Assembly (NCBI GenBank): GCA_965153455.1
Contig: OZ234493.1
Coordinates: forward strand, 3,720,001-3,784,000
DNA length: 64,000 bases
Reading direction: 5' to 3'
Origin: Sphagnum compactum
Lineage: Eukaryota
Shown: positions 38,323 through 53,100 of the stretch, in pieces
Position numbering within the stretch: position 1 is the first letter of the stretch
How the letters are laid out: each line of letters opens with the position of its first letter
Program-made: the position numbers and the translations under genes
The notes under the pieces: model-generated
The model's database searches: none
Told to the model about the DNA's origin: nothing
The model's input: the letters and a program-made list of their open reading frames with translations, nothing else

Positions 38323-40633
38323 AGGTGGATTCACACCTAATTTTAAATCAATGCTAAGTCAATGTTAAGTTCTCTTGAATTTTAGGTGCATTCACATATA
38401 AAATGTTAGCTAACATTGCCGATGATGTGGCATCCTAAGTGGCAAGTGGTGTTAGTTGATGTTAGCATTAAGGGTAGCTAACATTCAATCTTGATTGAAT
38501 CTTAGATTTTAGACCTTTTCAATGTCAAGTAACAAGGCCAAAAATGGCCATTTAATTTCACATTAGCTAGCACATATTTACAAGATAAACAAGAGGGGGG
38601 GGGGGGGGGGGGTGGTCTAGATCCCACCTCCTTCCCACTTACCGCCCACATGAGCAACCCAAACCCCTAGTTCCCCCATTTCTTTACACACTGAGTATGC
38701 TCACAGTTCAAAGAATCTCAAGAAAGTTCACACCAACCTCTATTGGACACGAAATGTTTGAATTCTTCTACTGATCATGAAATCTTTGCATTCTATGCTA
38801 CTTTTTTTTCTACAACCATGGAACAATTTTGGTGGTATCATCAATGATTTTGAAGAATGCGAAGATAATTCAAATGTCTTCAAGAAGATCATGAAATATT
38901 CTTTCAAGCCTTCCTCAATTTCTTCAATTAGTTTGCATGAATCAATTTGTCTTTAATGTTTATAGAAATAACAAGAAAATGTTAATAGATTTCAAGTAGT
39001 TATTTAGTCAAAGAAACAATAAGCAAAGAAACCTTGAAATTGAACAATGTACCTTGAAATATATATCAAGCGTTGCTTGTAGTTTTCTATTTTATAAGGG
39101 TTGTGTTCATTTGCATAAACAACAACACAAAGAGGTTTTGGTTTTGATTATTGCAAAGAAGGATGAAACATTGCAAGGTTGGACCAAGTGGATCCTAGAG
39201 ACAAATTTGAAACACCTATGAAAAAATGGAAGATCATATCAAAAGTGGGGATGAATGTAGGTTGTTATTAGCACCTCCAAAATAGTCCAACTTGTGAAGA
39301 CAAATGGGGATCTATTTCAAGCAATTTTAAAAGGATTACATGTCAGGTACTAGACACAATGAAGACTATTGGGCCTTGAGTCCTCAAGAGAAGACATCAT
39401 TTCATTTCCTTCACCACTTTGGCTGTGAAACATATGAATTGATCTAGGGGTTCATGGGGTGTAGATTTACCTTCAAGCTATCACATGTTTGAGATTTGCT
39501 AGATGATGGAGATGCCATTTATGAAGTAAGTGGACACATTCCAAAACATGCAATAAATTTGATCGATGGTTCAATGATTAAACACACCGAAGCGTATGAC
39601 TAGATCTACAACATTGTGAATGCTCAAACAAAAACCATGAGTTTAGGTATGATTTTCTTATTTGATTCTATGATTCCATTGCCCATTTGAATATCAATTC
39701 TTGAACCCAACCAATTGCCAATAGTTGAGCAAAGCCCTAGACACATCCATTTGTCTATGGCCCATCAAAACTAGGTCCCCATAATCTTGCAAACAATCAC
39801 TGTATTTGTTCAAATGCTAATAATCCCATAGAACCCAATAGTTGCCACTATGTAGAACACTCAAACACCCATCTTGTAAACATGACAACTTCCACTATTT
39901 CACAAACCCCAATCTCCACTTCTACATAAAATCCTCCAACACCCAATTTAGTTAAACAAAAACCTCCAACACTAAGTTTTGGAAACAAGGCCCAAAATCC
40001 CCAAACACTAGATTCAGTAAATAAAGTCGTTCAAAATTTAGGAGGCAATATGTTGGAAGTACTAGAGTGAAACAAAACTATTCTTCAGTTCACAAGAGCA
40101 TGAAAGAAACTACAAAGAAAAGGAACAAGATGTTAAGACAATCAATAGATCATATAAATTCCACCAACTTGGAAATGATGGAAAGACAATTTGATTATGT
40201 CAAAGCAAGAAATATAATCACCAATTCCCCACAAAACAATATGGTTAATGCAATTCTTAGTTTAACCAATGTGTTGAGCTCAACATTTGTAAGAGATAGT
40301 GGCAGAGTTGTGCGATTGACGGAGGATGCTATGAAACAGCCTCAAGACGACATGCACTTTTGTCAAAGACATGATGACAAGCGCCAAACTTTTGCCAAAA
40401 GGAATGCAATGCCAAAAGGAATGCAATGATGGTGTTACGTACCTTTTTGATGTGAAGGCATCATGATGTTAGGGTTTCTAGAAAGGCAAAGATAAGTAAC
40501 AATGCTCATATGTGAAAATGCAACATCAACGAAGGACCATCATTTGCTAACATGTAAGTGTGGCTTTTAACGGCTATAATAGTGTTAAGGAAACTTAACA
40601 AATTTTCACTTAACACTAGGTGTCAATCCATCT
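38323..40633 (+). mobile_element. PIF/Harbinger-like non-autonomous element with TIRs, TTA TSD and a decayed Myb/SANT (trihelix-like) ORF
   Basis: Left TTA|AGGTGGATTCACACCTA and right TAGGTGTCAATCCATCT|TTA (15/17 inverted match, 3-bp TTA duplication). Internal remnant around 39150-39480 reads DKFETP…PTCEDKWGSISSNFKR…YMSGTRHNEDYWALSPQEK. Confidence 0.75.
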
Positions 40634-43021
40634 TTAGATGCGCATGATTCACATTTGTTAGATAACCACACTTGTGATTGTCATGCGATATTAATCATCC
40701 AAATGGCATACTAGCAAATTGTCTTTGCAAAAATACCTCACATGTTGGGTGTACACTTATCACATAATATTTATTGTTAGTTGCGAGTGAATGGTGGATG
40801 ATAGTCATTGAAAGAAATCAATTTACCTACTATATGATCTAATCAAATGTGTAAAGACCTAATCAAAAGTCCAACCCACTAATAATTTTACGTTAAATGT
40901 TCAACAATCATTATATATTGCTTCAAGAACAAAAATAACTTTCATGTCATTGAAAATCATGATTTCAAACCTAACATTTGGTTGAGCTCATAGTGAATGG
41001 TGCAATTATAACTCACATACACACAATTTCAAGAACATCTTGCCATCCCCTCTATTTGTTGTTGTTTTCAATAGTCACCCCAATCGCCATTTGCCACTTT
41101 TGGTCTTTTAATAAATGTGAATAGTAGGAACTTGAAAAAGAAACCCAACATCAATTTGAGCTTCACAATCTTTAGTGTAGCTATAATCTCTTTGATTTCA
41201 AAAGCATCCATTCATAGGCTCTATTTCGATTATCACCCATATCAACTATTTTGAGTTAGCTAGTGCTCATTAAGTTAAATTATATGCAAGTTGAGACAAC
41301 TATCAAACCAATAGGTGCAGCATACATACATGAATTTGTAGAATTCCTCTTTGAATTGAGAGGTAGGAAAATCTTCAAATTTGTTTGAAGTGGTTTGAAC
41401 ATTTGTTACATATATATGGAGTGATTAGGAACGTTTTAGGCTAAACTTGATTAGTTTCTTAAGCGAGCCATTAAGAACAAACATCTGACAAACAATACAA
41501 TTGTTGTTGAGATGAAATGCAAGTATTGTACTTTATTTTATCACTAGTTCCAAAGCTCACAAGGCTTCAGGTATAATTATACCATTAGCTTGAATTCATC
41601 AAGGTAAAGTCTATTAGAGTCATATGAGAAAGTTGGATTTCGGAATTGGATCTATGATCATCCCTTGCATGACAGTTTGTATCTAATTTATTGCATGTAG
41701 TTTTTTAAAAGTTGTTTATAGGCTATTGTTTATGACACATACATATATTCATTTTTATCAACATACGTTACACGATGTGATTGATATGTTATGATTTATA
41801 TTTCTCATAATTGATTTCCATTGGTCATAATCAACATTTTCATGCTAGTGTTCACTACCAAAACTAAGAATGTAACATGTTAAAGAAAGAAAATAGAGCT
41901 ATTAGAGTTATTGTAGCAGTTAAAAAATTAGGAAATTACATACCACAAACCTGATTTTGCCAATAACTTTTTTGTGATTTATGAGGAAATTACCAATCTA
42001 ATATTTTGAGGTACTCCACCCTAATTCTGGGTCCACAAAAATTTAATAATTAAGAAAGAGAAATACAATAATTTTAAATTTTAAAATATTTAAAGCCCAA
42101 AGAGCCAAGAACCAATGGCAATTTAACCGTACTTATCATCACACAAATTTGATTGGTTATAGCTCTAGTAGTCAAAACAAGTATCATCATTGAATAGCTA
42201 GATGCTATCACTTGAAAACATCATGTTGAGCCCGTTGAAGGACAACAATTGACACTAAGGGAGCTTTGCTTGGAAGGTGTTCATTAACCAACCAAGGATT
42301 GGTGATGGTGTTGGAAGACATTACCACAATTATTTAGGTATTAGGTGGTACTTGAAAATTCATAAATGTATGTTTGTATCTGTATAAGCATCAATTCATA
42401 CCCATTCAAATTCCAAGTTAAATGTAAATGATAAAACTACATTAAAACATACACTTTAAAAATCCAAAACCAATCAAAAGTGCTACCATGTCTACCCTTA
42501 GAACAAAAGGAGTGATTTTTAAAATAATAATAAAAAACTAAACAGTACGCTCAATTGAAAAAACCTTTCACATTTACTACACACCGATAGCACTTACAAC
42601 CCAAGAAAAAAAAAAAAAAAAAAACACTTTTTACTAGCATTTTCTTTACAAGCATCAACCGTCCAATTATGTGTACATAAAATGTCCATAACACAAATTT
42701 ATCTTACAATGACAAGTTCACCTCTGTAGGTCTCTTCACCTTCGGGTGCATCATATTTTTCACTCACATTTTGGAAATTCTCTACTTGAGTTAATATATT
42801 ATGTTACAAGGATTGCTTGTGTACATACCACACACACTACCGAATTAAATTTTGCATGCATGGTTTGTTGTTATTGTTGTTCTCCTTAAATATGATCACT
42901 CAAATGATTTCGTGTCATGGTGTATTTAGATCAATAATCAGATTTTTAGTTTGGATTATATTCTGATTTTGATGATGATTTCAGAGAGTGTGAAATCTTC
43001 TTTCATTCAAACATAAAACTA

Positions 43022-43857
43022 TCATCGAATAAATAGACAGCCAAGGGTCCATGGCAGTTTGCCAGTTCTTCGCATGCGTTCAGCATCAGAAGCTGCTTTG
43101 GCTGCCTTCTCTGCTCGCTTTGCTTCAGCTACAGCTTTTTTCTCTTCCGCCTTTCGATGGGCACTAGCCATCTCATTTTGCAATTTTTCCAAGGCTTGCG
43201 CTCTCTTTGCCTCCAGCTTCATCTGTGCCCCACAAGCACAAGCAACGGTAGAGAGATTTCACTTCATCCGCATCATCATAAGTATTTCCAACAAAATGTC
43301 ATCATAGCCTAAGACCTGAGTAAGCTTCCACATTGACAAAATGAGCAATTATTTCACTACCAACAAAATGCATGCATCCCAGTTTGTGAGTGCTTTCATT
43401 GGATTTTGAATGAATTCACTGAACTCTAGAACAAAATGCATCCCAGTTTGTGAGTGTTTTCATTGGATTTTGAATGAATTCACTAAACTCTACAACAAAA
43501 TGCATCATCCCAGTTTGTGAGTGCTTTCATTGGATTTTGAATGAATTCACTGAACTCATTGAACAGGACCTAATAATGGGAAGATCCAACGAGTTCATTT
43601 CTCCACTGAACAGGCACTAGTGAACTGTACTCACATTTTGTAATTTTCAAAAAATTTCCAACTAGTTTCTTCTAACTTTTGAAAATTATTTTTTCTTTCA
43701 CGATTTAAGATTATTCTACTATGAAATAGTCAATCTAAGTAGTGAAATTTTATTTAGATCATATCCGAAATTCAACACCTCAGCTTCATGTTTTCACAAA
43801 AGTAGGTGTCAACATTTAAAGGATTATCACTAATATATCGATCCGATAAAATAATAT

Positions 43858-43894
<37 letters not shown>

Positions 43895-45948
43895 CTTAAG
43901 AGTTTTTGGATCCATTTTAGGTCGGGAACAATGTAGGATTTTACCTCCACTTGTTGCAATGAAATATTGGCTCTTGCGCGTTGATGGTCCTCCCAAGCAT
44001 CAATCTTTGTTTCCTCGCGTTTATATCTGTTTTTCAAAAACTTGGAACAAGTTAAGTCTCAAAAACTGTAAGACAAAATTTTATATTAAATTTTTTTAAA
44101 AAATAAAAAAATCTTTCATGAAAACATTATTATATGCCAACAAATTTTTTTTACTTCATGTTGTTTTCTGCATCCAGAAAATTTATTGATTTAACATATT
44201 AATCTTGGATTTATTAATTATTGTTAATTGAAGATTATGGGGCAAAAAAACTTGATGTTTGATTCTGCATTCAGAAAATGATGATTTAAATCTTAAATAA
44301 AATAAAATAGACATTTTAATGCTTAAATAAATTTTTTCTATAAAAAATTAAAGAAAAAAAAGATAGCAATTTCAATGTCAATAAAATAATAATAATAATA
44401 ATAATAATACCTGTTGCTAAGCTTGGAGCATTTGGCTCTCTCCCAAGCAGCTGCCTTTGACTCCACCTTGTGTTGCTTCACTTGCAGCAGCACAAGCTGC
44501 ATTGGTGTAAGCTCCTCTGCTACCACTTTGGAGCTCCGGGGAGGAAGACCACCACCACCACCACCACCACCATTGTTGTCATGAGCTTTCAGCTTTGGAG
44601 CTACAGTGGTGATGTTGGTGGTGATGGGTATACTCTCCAAGTTCTCCTCCAGCTTCTGTTGTGCTTCATGACTAGTGTAGTTGTTGTTTCTAGTCATATT
44701 GCTTGGAACTGTAGCTGTGATGGCATGAGCAGTTGCTACCAGAGGTGGTGGCTGTGGCACAAGTGTAACAACATGATGATCTGGTGGCCTGATCAGCTGC
44801 TGCTTCATCTCTTCTTCAGTGGACTTACGGTCTTCTTGCAACTCACGGGGAACCAGTACACTTGCAACATCTGGCTGGTGGTGGTGGTGGTGGTGGTGGA
44901 GCAAGTAATTCTTCGACTTCATAGTCCGAGGAGGTTTAAGAAACAGCAGCTGTGGAGAATTTTGATGTTCAGTACAAGATACAAACTCTTCAACTGTGTG
45001 AGCTTCGGATACAGCTTCTTCTTGATCTTCATCTCCTGCACAAATGCTGTAGTAATTCGAGATGTGGTCGCTATGAATGCCATCTCCATCTACTGCAGCA
45101 GCAGCAACAGCAATCGGTTGCTGATGATTATGCAGGCGAGGAGCAGCTGTATCGACAGCCTGAGCTGCTGCAGCAAGCATTGCTCTCCACTCAGCACCTA
45201 AGCTGTAATCACTGCCTGTGACAGATGATGATCCTGCAGGCAAACCCTCCTGCTCGCTGACATCACGCAGATGATGGATTCTTCTGTTACTTAGCGCCGG
45301 AGTCGTCGTCGGAGGTCTGTAACGCTCGCCACTGTGAAGCTGATACACATCCGATTTAGCTGGTTGCGAATTGGGTATGTGTGTCCTGGCAGCAGCTTTG
45401 GGGGGCGAGATATCTCTGGAGCGTAATTGTTTGATAACCCTTCCCGATGATCGCAGAGTAGTCGAGGGAACATCGCGACTAGATGTAATTGTAACGGAAT
45501 TAGGCAGACTAGTGCAACCTGAGCCCTCCTGGAAGCTGCTGCTGCTGCTGCTGCTAAAGGAACTTCGTCCCTGCAGCAGCTCGTTAGCAGCAGCAGTAGT
45601 CGCCGGCGCGACAATATCAAGTTGTTCTGGACTTGACGACGACTCCAGCCATGCCTTCACAGCCTCTAGGGATTTGTTCAACCTCTCGGGACTCACTTGT
45701 CCTCGCTGTAGTTGCTGCTCCCGCTGCTGATCCAAGTGGTGGCCGTTGCCGGAGCGGAATGTAACGCCGCGGTTTGCGGCTTGCTTTTTGCTGTTAGTAT
45801 TGACGAGCTTGTTATAACTGACGCCGCTGTAATTTTTTTGCTGAGAATTAGCAGAGATGCTGCTGCTGCTGATGCTGTGGTTGTTATTGTTGTTGTTGTC
45901 AGGGATCTGCACTCCCAGAGATTTTGTCGCCACTTGCCTCACTGACAT
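43022..45948 (-). CDS. REM: Remorin with long disordered N-terminus, 3 exons, about 606 aa
   Basis: Exons 45948-44411, 44026-43945 and 43222-43022, phases consistent. Remorin_C motifs KAAAWERAKCSKLSNR|YKREETKIDAWEDHQRARA…MKLEAKRAQALEKLQNEMASAHRKAEEKKA; C-terminal anchor-like GKLPWTLGCLFIR*. The start is the first in-frame ATG; an upstream exon is not excluded. Confidence 0.9.
43365..43557. repeat. Three near-identical ~63-67 bp tandem units in remorin intron 2
   Basis: catcccagtttgtgagtgctttcattggattttgaatgaattcactgaactc repeated three times. Confidence 0.9.
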
Positions 45949-47980
45949 CCTAAACGCAGGAAGCAATTTTTTGTCAACCAACTGCTAGTGCCAAGTTCAA
46001 CCTCCGAATCGATGGATCAATGCTTGCTTGCTGCAATCTCTTAGAGAAACATAGCCACCGCACCCGTTGTCAAGAGAATATTGTCAACAAGCTAGTGCCA
46101 GCATTAAGTTCCAAAACCAAATCTATCAATAATGCTTGTTACAGAAACATAGCCATCGCCGTTGTGATCGAGAGAAGAAAAGGATCAGGAGAGTAACTAT
46201 AACCCCCTCATTACAAAATCACTAAAAACAAAAAAACAACAAGAGACACAAAGCTCCCTCCCCAAGTCGATTCTACAAACTTCCAAAGTTCCTAACTAAA
46301 AGAGAGCCATGATGCGACAAATGATGGAGCACAAAAAAATCACGAAACCAAAATCAAAATCCCAATGCAGCAGCAATTGGAGTCACAAATCCCAGACACT
46401 ATCAATCAATCAATCAATAATCCATGCATCATCACAACAACAAACACTCTAACACAAAGACCCTTATAGATCCACCCAACTCTCCAAACAAACATATACA
46501 ATTTACCCAATTATAAGATTCAGCAACAATTCAAACATTTGTACACTAGATCCAAGATTTGGCAACAAGATATGATGATGATGATGATAGACCTCATGTG
46601 CTGGCTGCTGCACTTGTTTCTCTACCACAACAACAAGAAGTAGTTCTACTGAAGATCTTAATTTGCAACAACAACAAGAAGTTGTTCTACACAAGATGTT
46701 AATTTGCAACAACAACAACAACAACAACAACAAGTTGTTCTACTCAAGATGTTAATTTGCAACAACAACAACAACAAGTTGTTCTAGTGAAGATCTTAAA
46801 TTTGTTGCAACAAGGAGTTGGAAGTGGAGAAAGAATTGGGAAATTTCGGAGAATTTTGGGGATTGAAGATGATGATGGTTGTTTCATGTGGGGTACTGAT
46901 ATTGTTTTGGAGGTGGCTTGCTTTCATAAGTTCTCCTTCTTCTTCTTCTTCTTCCTCTTCTCCTTCTTTTCCTTGTTTTTTTTTTCTTAATACAATTCAT
47001 TATTATTATTATTATTATTATTTCGAATTTCTTTTTAAGTGACTTTTATTGGCCAATTGCTTCAAGGCACCTTGATTTTCAACCCTCTGAATCTGCCACA
47101 CCTGGCAGCTAGCCCATGTGTGTTTTTTCTAATTTTATAAAATAATCTTATAATTATTTTTTAATTTATTAACTTTTAAATTCCCCAAAAAAAATTTGTG
47201 GGTTTTTAAAAAAAATAATTGGGGATGCTTTGGGTTTTTTAAAATTTATTTATTTGCAATCTTGTAAATTCTTTTCGAATAATTTTGCTTTTTTTTTTTT
47301 TGGTGGGGGGGAGGGGGGGAAATTCTCGCCAAATTTTGGACCACTGATTTAAATTTTTTTTTTTTTTTCTAGTGCCAAAATTTTCACAAACTTTCCATTT
47401 TTTTAATTTCGGGCTATTGTTCACATGAGTAGTGAAATTATTCAGAGTGTGTATGTAGTAAGTAGGCTATGATAATTCTGATGATATTTCAACAAGTTCA
47501 CTTTTTCTTTTTCTTTTTTCTATTTTTCACAAAAAAAAAATTTATTTCACTATTTTGAGGATTATTATTTGAATGACAAAAAACTGACCTTACTTAGAAG
47601 TAAGGTATAATATAATAGTATGTAACTTTTTTTTTTTAGTACAATTAATCAAAGGAATACAATTGGGGGAGGGGGGGGGGGCCATCAAATTTTTATTGGA
47701 TTTTTGAATTTTTATTGGATTTTTTTATTGTGATTGTAATTAATTGATATTAATTATTAATTATTAATTAATATTAAATTAATTTATTAATTTAGCCAAA
47801 AATAAATATTATTTTATTTATTTGGGTGTTGAGAGTTTTCTTTGTGTTTCCTTCCAAATTGTCAATCATTCCAAAGAAGATTTTTTTCCTTCCCTCTAGC
47901 AAAGCTATTGAGGTAATGGCATCTGGTGTAACCCAAATATCTCCAAGTGGCCAAGGCCAGGCCATGTGTATATCTCGGAT

Positions 47981-48239
47981 GTTGTTGTTATGTCACGCAT
48001 TTATGAATGAATGAATGAAATGAATGAATGTTTTGTTTGTTTGTTTGTTTGTTTTGTTTTGTAAGTTCAACACTTTGAATCTAGATTTTTAGGATTTTGA
48101 GTTTTGGGTTTTGAGTTTTGTTGTTATGTCACGCATTTATGAATGAATGAATGAGTGTTTTGTTTGTTTGTTTTGTTTTGTAAGTTCAACACTTTGAATC
48201 TAGATTTTTAGGGTTTTGAGTTTAGGGTTTTGAGTTTTG
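47981..48239. repeat. Tandem duplication of about 120-140 bp containing (GAAT)n, (GTTT)n and telomere-like tails
   Basis: ttgttatgtcacgcatttatgaatgaatg…gtaagttcaacactttgaatctagatttttagg present twice. Confidence 0.85.
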
Positions 48240-49937
48240 AATTCTCTACTTTCCTTCCCTTCTTCTTCTTCTTCTCCTCAAGTAGGTGTGTAGATTTCCA
48301 TTGCCAAGGGGGGGGGGGAGAGGAGGAGGCTTCACAAGTGTTGGTATTTTAGCCAAGTGTTGTGACCTAAGTGATTGAAAAATCCATTGTATAAATATAT
48401 ATATTAGGGGATGCCTATTATTATTACCCAAGACTTTTTAGAAGATCCCTTGATTTGATTTAGTCTTTTATTACAACAGGTTCTTTTGAGAGGATTTTTT
48501 TTAAAAAAAAAGGTTTTAAACTAAATGGGGGTTCTCCTTGGGGAGAGGGGAGAGATTTCATAATTTTTTTGATGATGGGCCAACCATATGGCCCCATTGC
48601 AAAAAAAATATTTAAAAACATTTGTGTTTTGGGATGGACCATAACTAATTAAATTAATTAATATGAATGATGTTTGAATAAAGTTAGGAATAAAAGTTCT
48701 ACTTAAGCAATGAGATGGGGGGCAAAATGTGGCATTCAAGATATTTCTTGAAGTAGCACCCACCATAGTCTTATATTAGTAAAAAAAATGCTAATGTTTG
48801 GGGGAATATCAAAGTATCATGAAGTTTTTGTGAAGGGCAAATCAAAATAAGCCGATTACAAAAATAAAATAAAAATTGAGCTTTGGTATGCACCCATTAC
48901 GAATTAATATGGTTCCAAAACATTTACATGAGGTCATGTAAATGTATGTCACAAATATTTGCTATTAGTAAGAATCTTGTTTTTATATGAAGAGATTATG
49001 GGTTTTTGAAATTATTTTAGGTCAATAGAACATGCTGGTACAATAAAAACATATTTAATGTTTTTTTCTTGCCTATTAGAACATGGAAAAACACACTATC
49101 AAAACATGCAAAATTGTGTAGTTTTATGCAAAACTAAAGAAGGGCACAAAAAGACACGTTGAAATGAACGTTAAACAAAGTTTCATTGGGGTATTTAATG
49201 TCTCCCAATCTTTTGAAATCATCAACACAACATCATGAATGGCCCTTGACTTAGTTTTAGTTTTCCCCATGACAAGCGTCATGTGTTCAAGGATGGGTAC
49301 ATGTGGTTTGGTATCATCATCCATAATATAATAATATTGTTTGTTTTTAATTGTACCCTTTTAATTTAACTTTGTTGGTTGTGTTTTTAAAATTCATTTC
49401 CACTAAAATATAGTAAGCACCTTACAATAACAATTTGTTGGTGATAAGGTGAAAATGCCAATGTAATAATCCATCCCGACACTTGCATCATAAAAAATTA
49501 GTCAACTTTATTAATTGGAGCTCCTTCGACTAGTATTAATGCACAAAGTAACAATGTCATTAAAAAGTTCAATGTTGTGGGAAAGTGTTCTTGTTTGTTT
49601 ATTTTTTGTTTCTTTGCTTTTGTTTGTGTTTTTAATGTTTGTTGATTTGTGTTTTTGATGCCTAAAAATTATGGAATTGCATGCATATTCATGAGTTCAT
49701 GTCAATATGAACATTTTATTTGATCATGCCATGCTTGGAGTATAGTCAATGATTCACACAATAAAAGACATAAATAAAGGAAGATGTCCTTATTTATAAA
49801 TGTAAGTTTCAAATTTGAATATTTTTGTTTGACATATAACAATGAAAATATTATTTGTGTGATGTATGCGAACATTAAACATTATCTTCCAATAGATGGA
49901 ATTCATTCATAATGTTCATCTATAATTTTTATCTAAA

Positions 49938-50155
49938 TCATAGTTAATTTTTAATTAAGTTCTAACTAACTTCAGTTAAATCTTAGTTAATTCCTACTTA
50001 AGTCCCAGTTGAGTCTTAGTTAATTCGTAATTAAGTTTTAATTAACTTTTAGTTAAGTCCTAATTATGTTTAGTTAACTCCTAGTTGACTTTTAATTAAG
50101 TTCGAATTAAATTTTAACTAAAATTTAGTTAATTCATAGTCAACTCCCAATTAAG
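49938..50155. repeat. Degenerate ~11-bp-period AT-rich array (tagttaa/taattaa cores)
   Basis: Successive units such as tagttaatttt, taattaagttc, taactaacttc, agttaaatctt, agttaattcct. Confidence 0.7.
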
Positions 50156-53100
50156 AAGGTTCCCAAGAAGCTTCATTACTTGATGCACACATAGAAGCCT
50201 TCTTAAAGGCTTTCTTGAGCGAAGTCCCCAAAGGGGTATAAATAAGAATAGGACCCCTTACTTCTTTCAGTCTATTCAACACCAGTTTTAAGCACAATCT
50301 TGCACCATAGCCTTGTCATGTTCTTTTCATGTTCATGTTTGCATATGTTAGCATAATAAAAATTCGTTTTCATCTTTGTTTTGCACATTTCGTGTTCTTG
50401 TTCTTAGTTTTTGTGTTCTTGTTTTAAAATCACATAATCTTGTTTTGTTCCTTGTTTAAAAGTTAAAGTTAAACCTTTCCTTTAACTTTTGTTCTTGTGG
50501 TTCTTCGTGTCCTTGAAAATTTGTTGTGAACATAATTTTAAGATTCTATTATGTTCAATTTTTGCCTTCAAAACAATGGTCATTATTTGAATTTCTCATC
50601 ACTTCCATAATATACCAAACCAATTTACATCTTTGATGCATTTGCGACATGGGTTTAAGGTGTAGGGCTTACATAATTATCAATCGAGGACAAATTCATG
50701 TACAAAACTCAAATGTTGAAGTTTTTCACCATGCAATTCAAAATAATTGAAAATTCTTATGAACAAGATTACAAACATTCATGTGGAATTCATGATTTTC
50801 AATGATAGAAAATTTCTTTCAACAAATTTTTGCAATTAGCTTCCACATGTTAAACTTTCTTTCAAGCTTATTGATGATATTTATGATGGTCAACTCATGT
50901 TATTACAATGTTTTCCTACCAACGTTCAACCCATCTATTAATGAATTTTGCACAAATCCATGATCCTCCTACCATTCTTTAATGGTGGGTCAACACATGT
51001 GAAAATGGGAACATAAAACAATTGAAGCACCATGCAAGTAATCTATTCAAATAATTTATTCACACAAAATTTAATGCTTCCTCCTTTCACCATGCTAAAA
51101 ATAGGTTATTTTTAGAAACATTTAACTTAAAGTTTGACCTAATTCTATGTAGATATTGAATGGGGCTTCTTTTATAAAGCCTACTAAAACCCCCATCCCC
51201 CATCATTATAGCAAGGATGGAGACCAATGATTCTAAAACTATAATTGACCATTGATGTTAGGAATTCGTGAGATTATTGATTGAATAGGAACCAACAATT
51301 AATATATTTATATATATTTCTAATGCATTGGAGTTCTATTTTTGTAAACTTGCTAATTTAATGTTTCAAAAATAAGGAATACATTATTATGTCCCATTCC
51401 CTAATAAATATGTTTTTTGTTCACTTTTGTAATGGACATATTAAAGTTTTGAAAACAACGTTGAAAATCTTGATAGTTGTGACAACACATACAATATTCT
51501 TCTTCTATAGGTCTATTTCATTTGACTTATTTATCTAAAGAATTACTAATCACATACATTGGAAACATATATTAACAAATTAATCATAGGACAAATTAAT
51601 CTAGATCACATAGGCCTAGACATATTGTAAATTCTTTTAAATCTAGTATATTTGGTGCACAAAGCAAAATAGTTTTCTGATTAGAAAACACATAGTTCAA
51701 GATTGAAAACATTGTTGCAAAAACTTTAGTGACATAGAAATAATTGCATTTGTCATTTTTCAACAATGTAGTAGAAACTTTTTAACAACAATCCAAATTG
51801 TAATGCATTAAGGTGAAGGCAAAATTGAGTAAAATAACCCACTTCGCCTTTTGTTGCAATTACAATGCACATTATGAAAAATTCAATTAATTCATTACAT
51901 TACAAATCCAACTTATTATTTTCCATAACTACGAATGAATCATGATACCATTTGTTTACCATGGATAAAAATCCCGTGATTAAAATTTGACCTAATTACA
52001 TGTAAATATTAGATGTGAAAAGTAATGATGAATTTGCTTTTGCCCAACCTCCTAACATCCATCCATCATTCAATAGTTGCATCACAAATTTAACTTACAA
52101 TGAATTAAGGATGAAAATTGTGTAAAATTCAGTCATTCATAAGTTTGTACATTTTACATACAAATGTTATGCATTCAAAACACGTTTGACACATAGATAA
52201 ATGTGTTGACAAATGAAATATGAACCTATGAGTTAATGAATGTCACATGAATTTTACTTTTGTTTATTAACTTGTGCTTCAAATGTGTTTTCAATACACG
52301 ATATCAATGTGTGAAACATATGGATTATGAATGAACAAATGTTGCACAATTTTCATTATTAAGTCATGAAAGGTTAAATTCGTGATGTGAATCATCAAAT
52401 GTAATATTTGTTAAAAATGAAATTATAATAAATCAAGTGTCACAAAAAAAAACAATAAACAAAATTTTTAAAAGTTTCCCAAAAAATCTTTGAGTAATAT
52501 GTTTATAAGTTCTAAAAGTTTTCAAAAAGATCCGTGAAAAATATGTTTGGAAATTTTTAATAGTTTTTAGAAAGATCTTTAAGAAACATGTTATTTTTCA
52601 ATTATAAAAATATCCATGAAAAATATGCTTAGAAATGTTTTTTAAATGTAGAATTAATATAAGCTTTTTTTTTAAAAAAAGAACAATTAATGGAAGTTTT
52701 GAAAAAAAGTGATTGACAAAAGCTTATAGAAAACATGATTGGTGAAAGATTTTTAAAAATGTAATATTTTAAAAAAAATTATTTAATGTAAATTTATAAA
52801 AGGCTTAAATGGGGGAACTTTCCATATTGACAATTTTTTAAAAGGTTCCATAGTATAACAAAAGGTTTAAAGGGCATTACCTTTCAATCTCACAAATGCA
52901 CATTATGGCCTTTGTACATTTCATGCATAACTTACATCATGTTTTATTCGAACAATAAAATTGTTTAGCTTTTACTCATTAGCGAGTTTTTTTTGGCTAA
53001 TTAAATCTCTGTTTTTTTTTAATCAAATTTTGTTTTTGCTTTGTCCTTAACACTAAGCTTAAATTTTGGTTGAAAGTGAAAAAGGCAACTTGTGCATTTC

